NCBI GenBank assembly: GCA_016929065.1
Contig: JAFGJO010000009.1
Span: forward strand, 106,730-170,729
Reading direction: 5' to 3'
Length of the DNA: 64,000 nucleotides
Origin: Spirochaetales bacterium
GTDB lineage: Bacteria; Spirochaetota; Spirochaetia; SZUA-6; RPPD01
Shown in pieces: positions 63,491-64,000 of this stretch (positions are counted from its first letter, which is position 1; the number at the start of each line of letters is the position of its first letter). Below the pieces are notes generated by a model, which searched no databases, was not told the DNA's origin, and was given only the letters and a program-made list of their open reading frames with translations. Both the position numbers and the translations under genes were made by a program.

Positions 63491-64000
63491 ATGAAAAAAG
63501 TATTTATTATGGTATTGACAGTTATCATTCTCCAGAACGCAACTGCCCAGGATAAATGGTTTATGGCGCAGACAAATTCCATCGACATTGAATGGATCTC
63601 TGCTTCATCTGAACTGGTCGAAGCCCAGTACGGCGGGGATTATCTGTATCCGCCGATCAATATGCTTGATGGGGATTTTTCCACCACCTGGTGCGAGGCA
63701 GACAAGGGCGGATCGGGTCTTGGCGAGACAATCACTCTCCAGTTCAAGGAACCTGTCTCCTTTGACGAGATACAAATTGTCAACGGGTTTGTTTCGGGCA
63801 ATGATTATTATAAAAAAAATAACCGCGTTGCAACAATTACCCTGACACAGGTTGCCGGTGAACATTTTCAGAACAAACAATACACATTGCGCGACAATAC
63901 GCCAACATGGCAGTCGATCAGGTTCGGACTCAATCAGACCGCACAGACAATAACGATCAGAATTGACGAGGTGTTCCGCGGTTACAAATATGATGATACC
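63491..64000 (+). CDS. Secreted protein with discoidin/NADase-type glycan-binding-like domain (3-prime partial, runs off window)
   Basis: ATG at 63491 after GGAGAAGG. Signal peptide MKKVFIIMVLTVIILQNATA. NMLDGDFSTTWCEADKGGSGLGETITLQF...IQIVNGF is typical of F5/8-type-C-like carbohydrate-binding modules. Open to the window end (170 codons). Confidence 0.65.
   Translation, partial: MKKVFIMVLTVIILQNATAQDKWFMAQTNSIDIEWISASSELVEAQYGGDYLYPPINMLDGDFSTTWCEADKGGSGLGETITLQFKEPVSFDEIQIVNGFVSGNDYYKKNNRVATITLTQVAGEHFQNKQYTLRDNTPTWQSIRFGLNQTAQTITIRIDEVFRGYKYDDT

Noticed and set aside
1-64000. Search for CRISPR arrays, tRNA/rRNA/tmRNA genes, IS elements, integrases, prophage genes, toxin-antitoxin pairs, retrons/DGRs or known defence systems.
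   Set aside because: No intergenic region exceeds about 250 nt. I saw no spaced direct repeats, tRNA-like T-arm sequences, transposase or recombinase motifs, or terminal inverted repeats. The novelty candidates in this window are regulatory, glycan-related or signalling rather than mobile or defence elements.

Overview
The 64-kb window is densely coded (about 56 CDS) at roughly 40-45% GC. I found no rRNA, tRNA, CRISPR array, transposase, integrase or recognisable defence genes. Wza/Wzi-like export proteins, lipoproteins and beta-barrel candidates point to a diderm host. The Maf, PilZ and FtsB-like genes are compatible with a Spirochaetota-like organism, but taxonomy cannot be settled from this window. 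Layout: (i) 1-17.4 kb is mostly housekeeping (thrC, S41 Ctp protease, YjbQ, rsmE, IlvD/Edd-family dehydratase, tsaC, FtsB-like). It also holds an SDR/UbiA/GtrA/mini-DMT cassette, a sigma54 activator with no DNA-binding domain, and two overlapping cNMP-binding/GGDEF paralogs. (ii) 17.6-24.2 kb is a tight four-gene operon: a 695-aa hyper-acidic protein, a degenerate GGDEF-like protein and two Maf (DUF115) glycosyltransferases. (iii) 24.2-35.5 kb carries a lone Memo-like protein, another degenerate GGDEF membrane protein, a GldA/F/G-like ABC plus DUF4340 operon, rnz, a PilZ protein and hslO. (iv) 35.6-60.6 kb is a Wzy-dependent polysaccharide locus in four alternating strand blocks. It encodes a MurJ-like flippase, a priming phosphoglycosyltransferase, Wzz, Wza, Wzi-like and Wzy proteins, four glycosyltransferases, an MBOAT/SGNH O-acylation pair, a sulfotransferase, an AsnB-like amidotransferase, three or four methyltransferases, wecB and a GlmU-like enzyme. 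The items most worth follow-up are a G9 tract 20 nt upstream of a near-consensus promoter for the O-acylation pair, the sulfotransferase, the acidic-protein/GGDEF-like/Maf operon, and the canonical-plus-doubly-degenerate cNMP-GGDEF pair. All family calls come from motifs read by eye and need HMM or BLAST confirmation.
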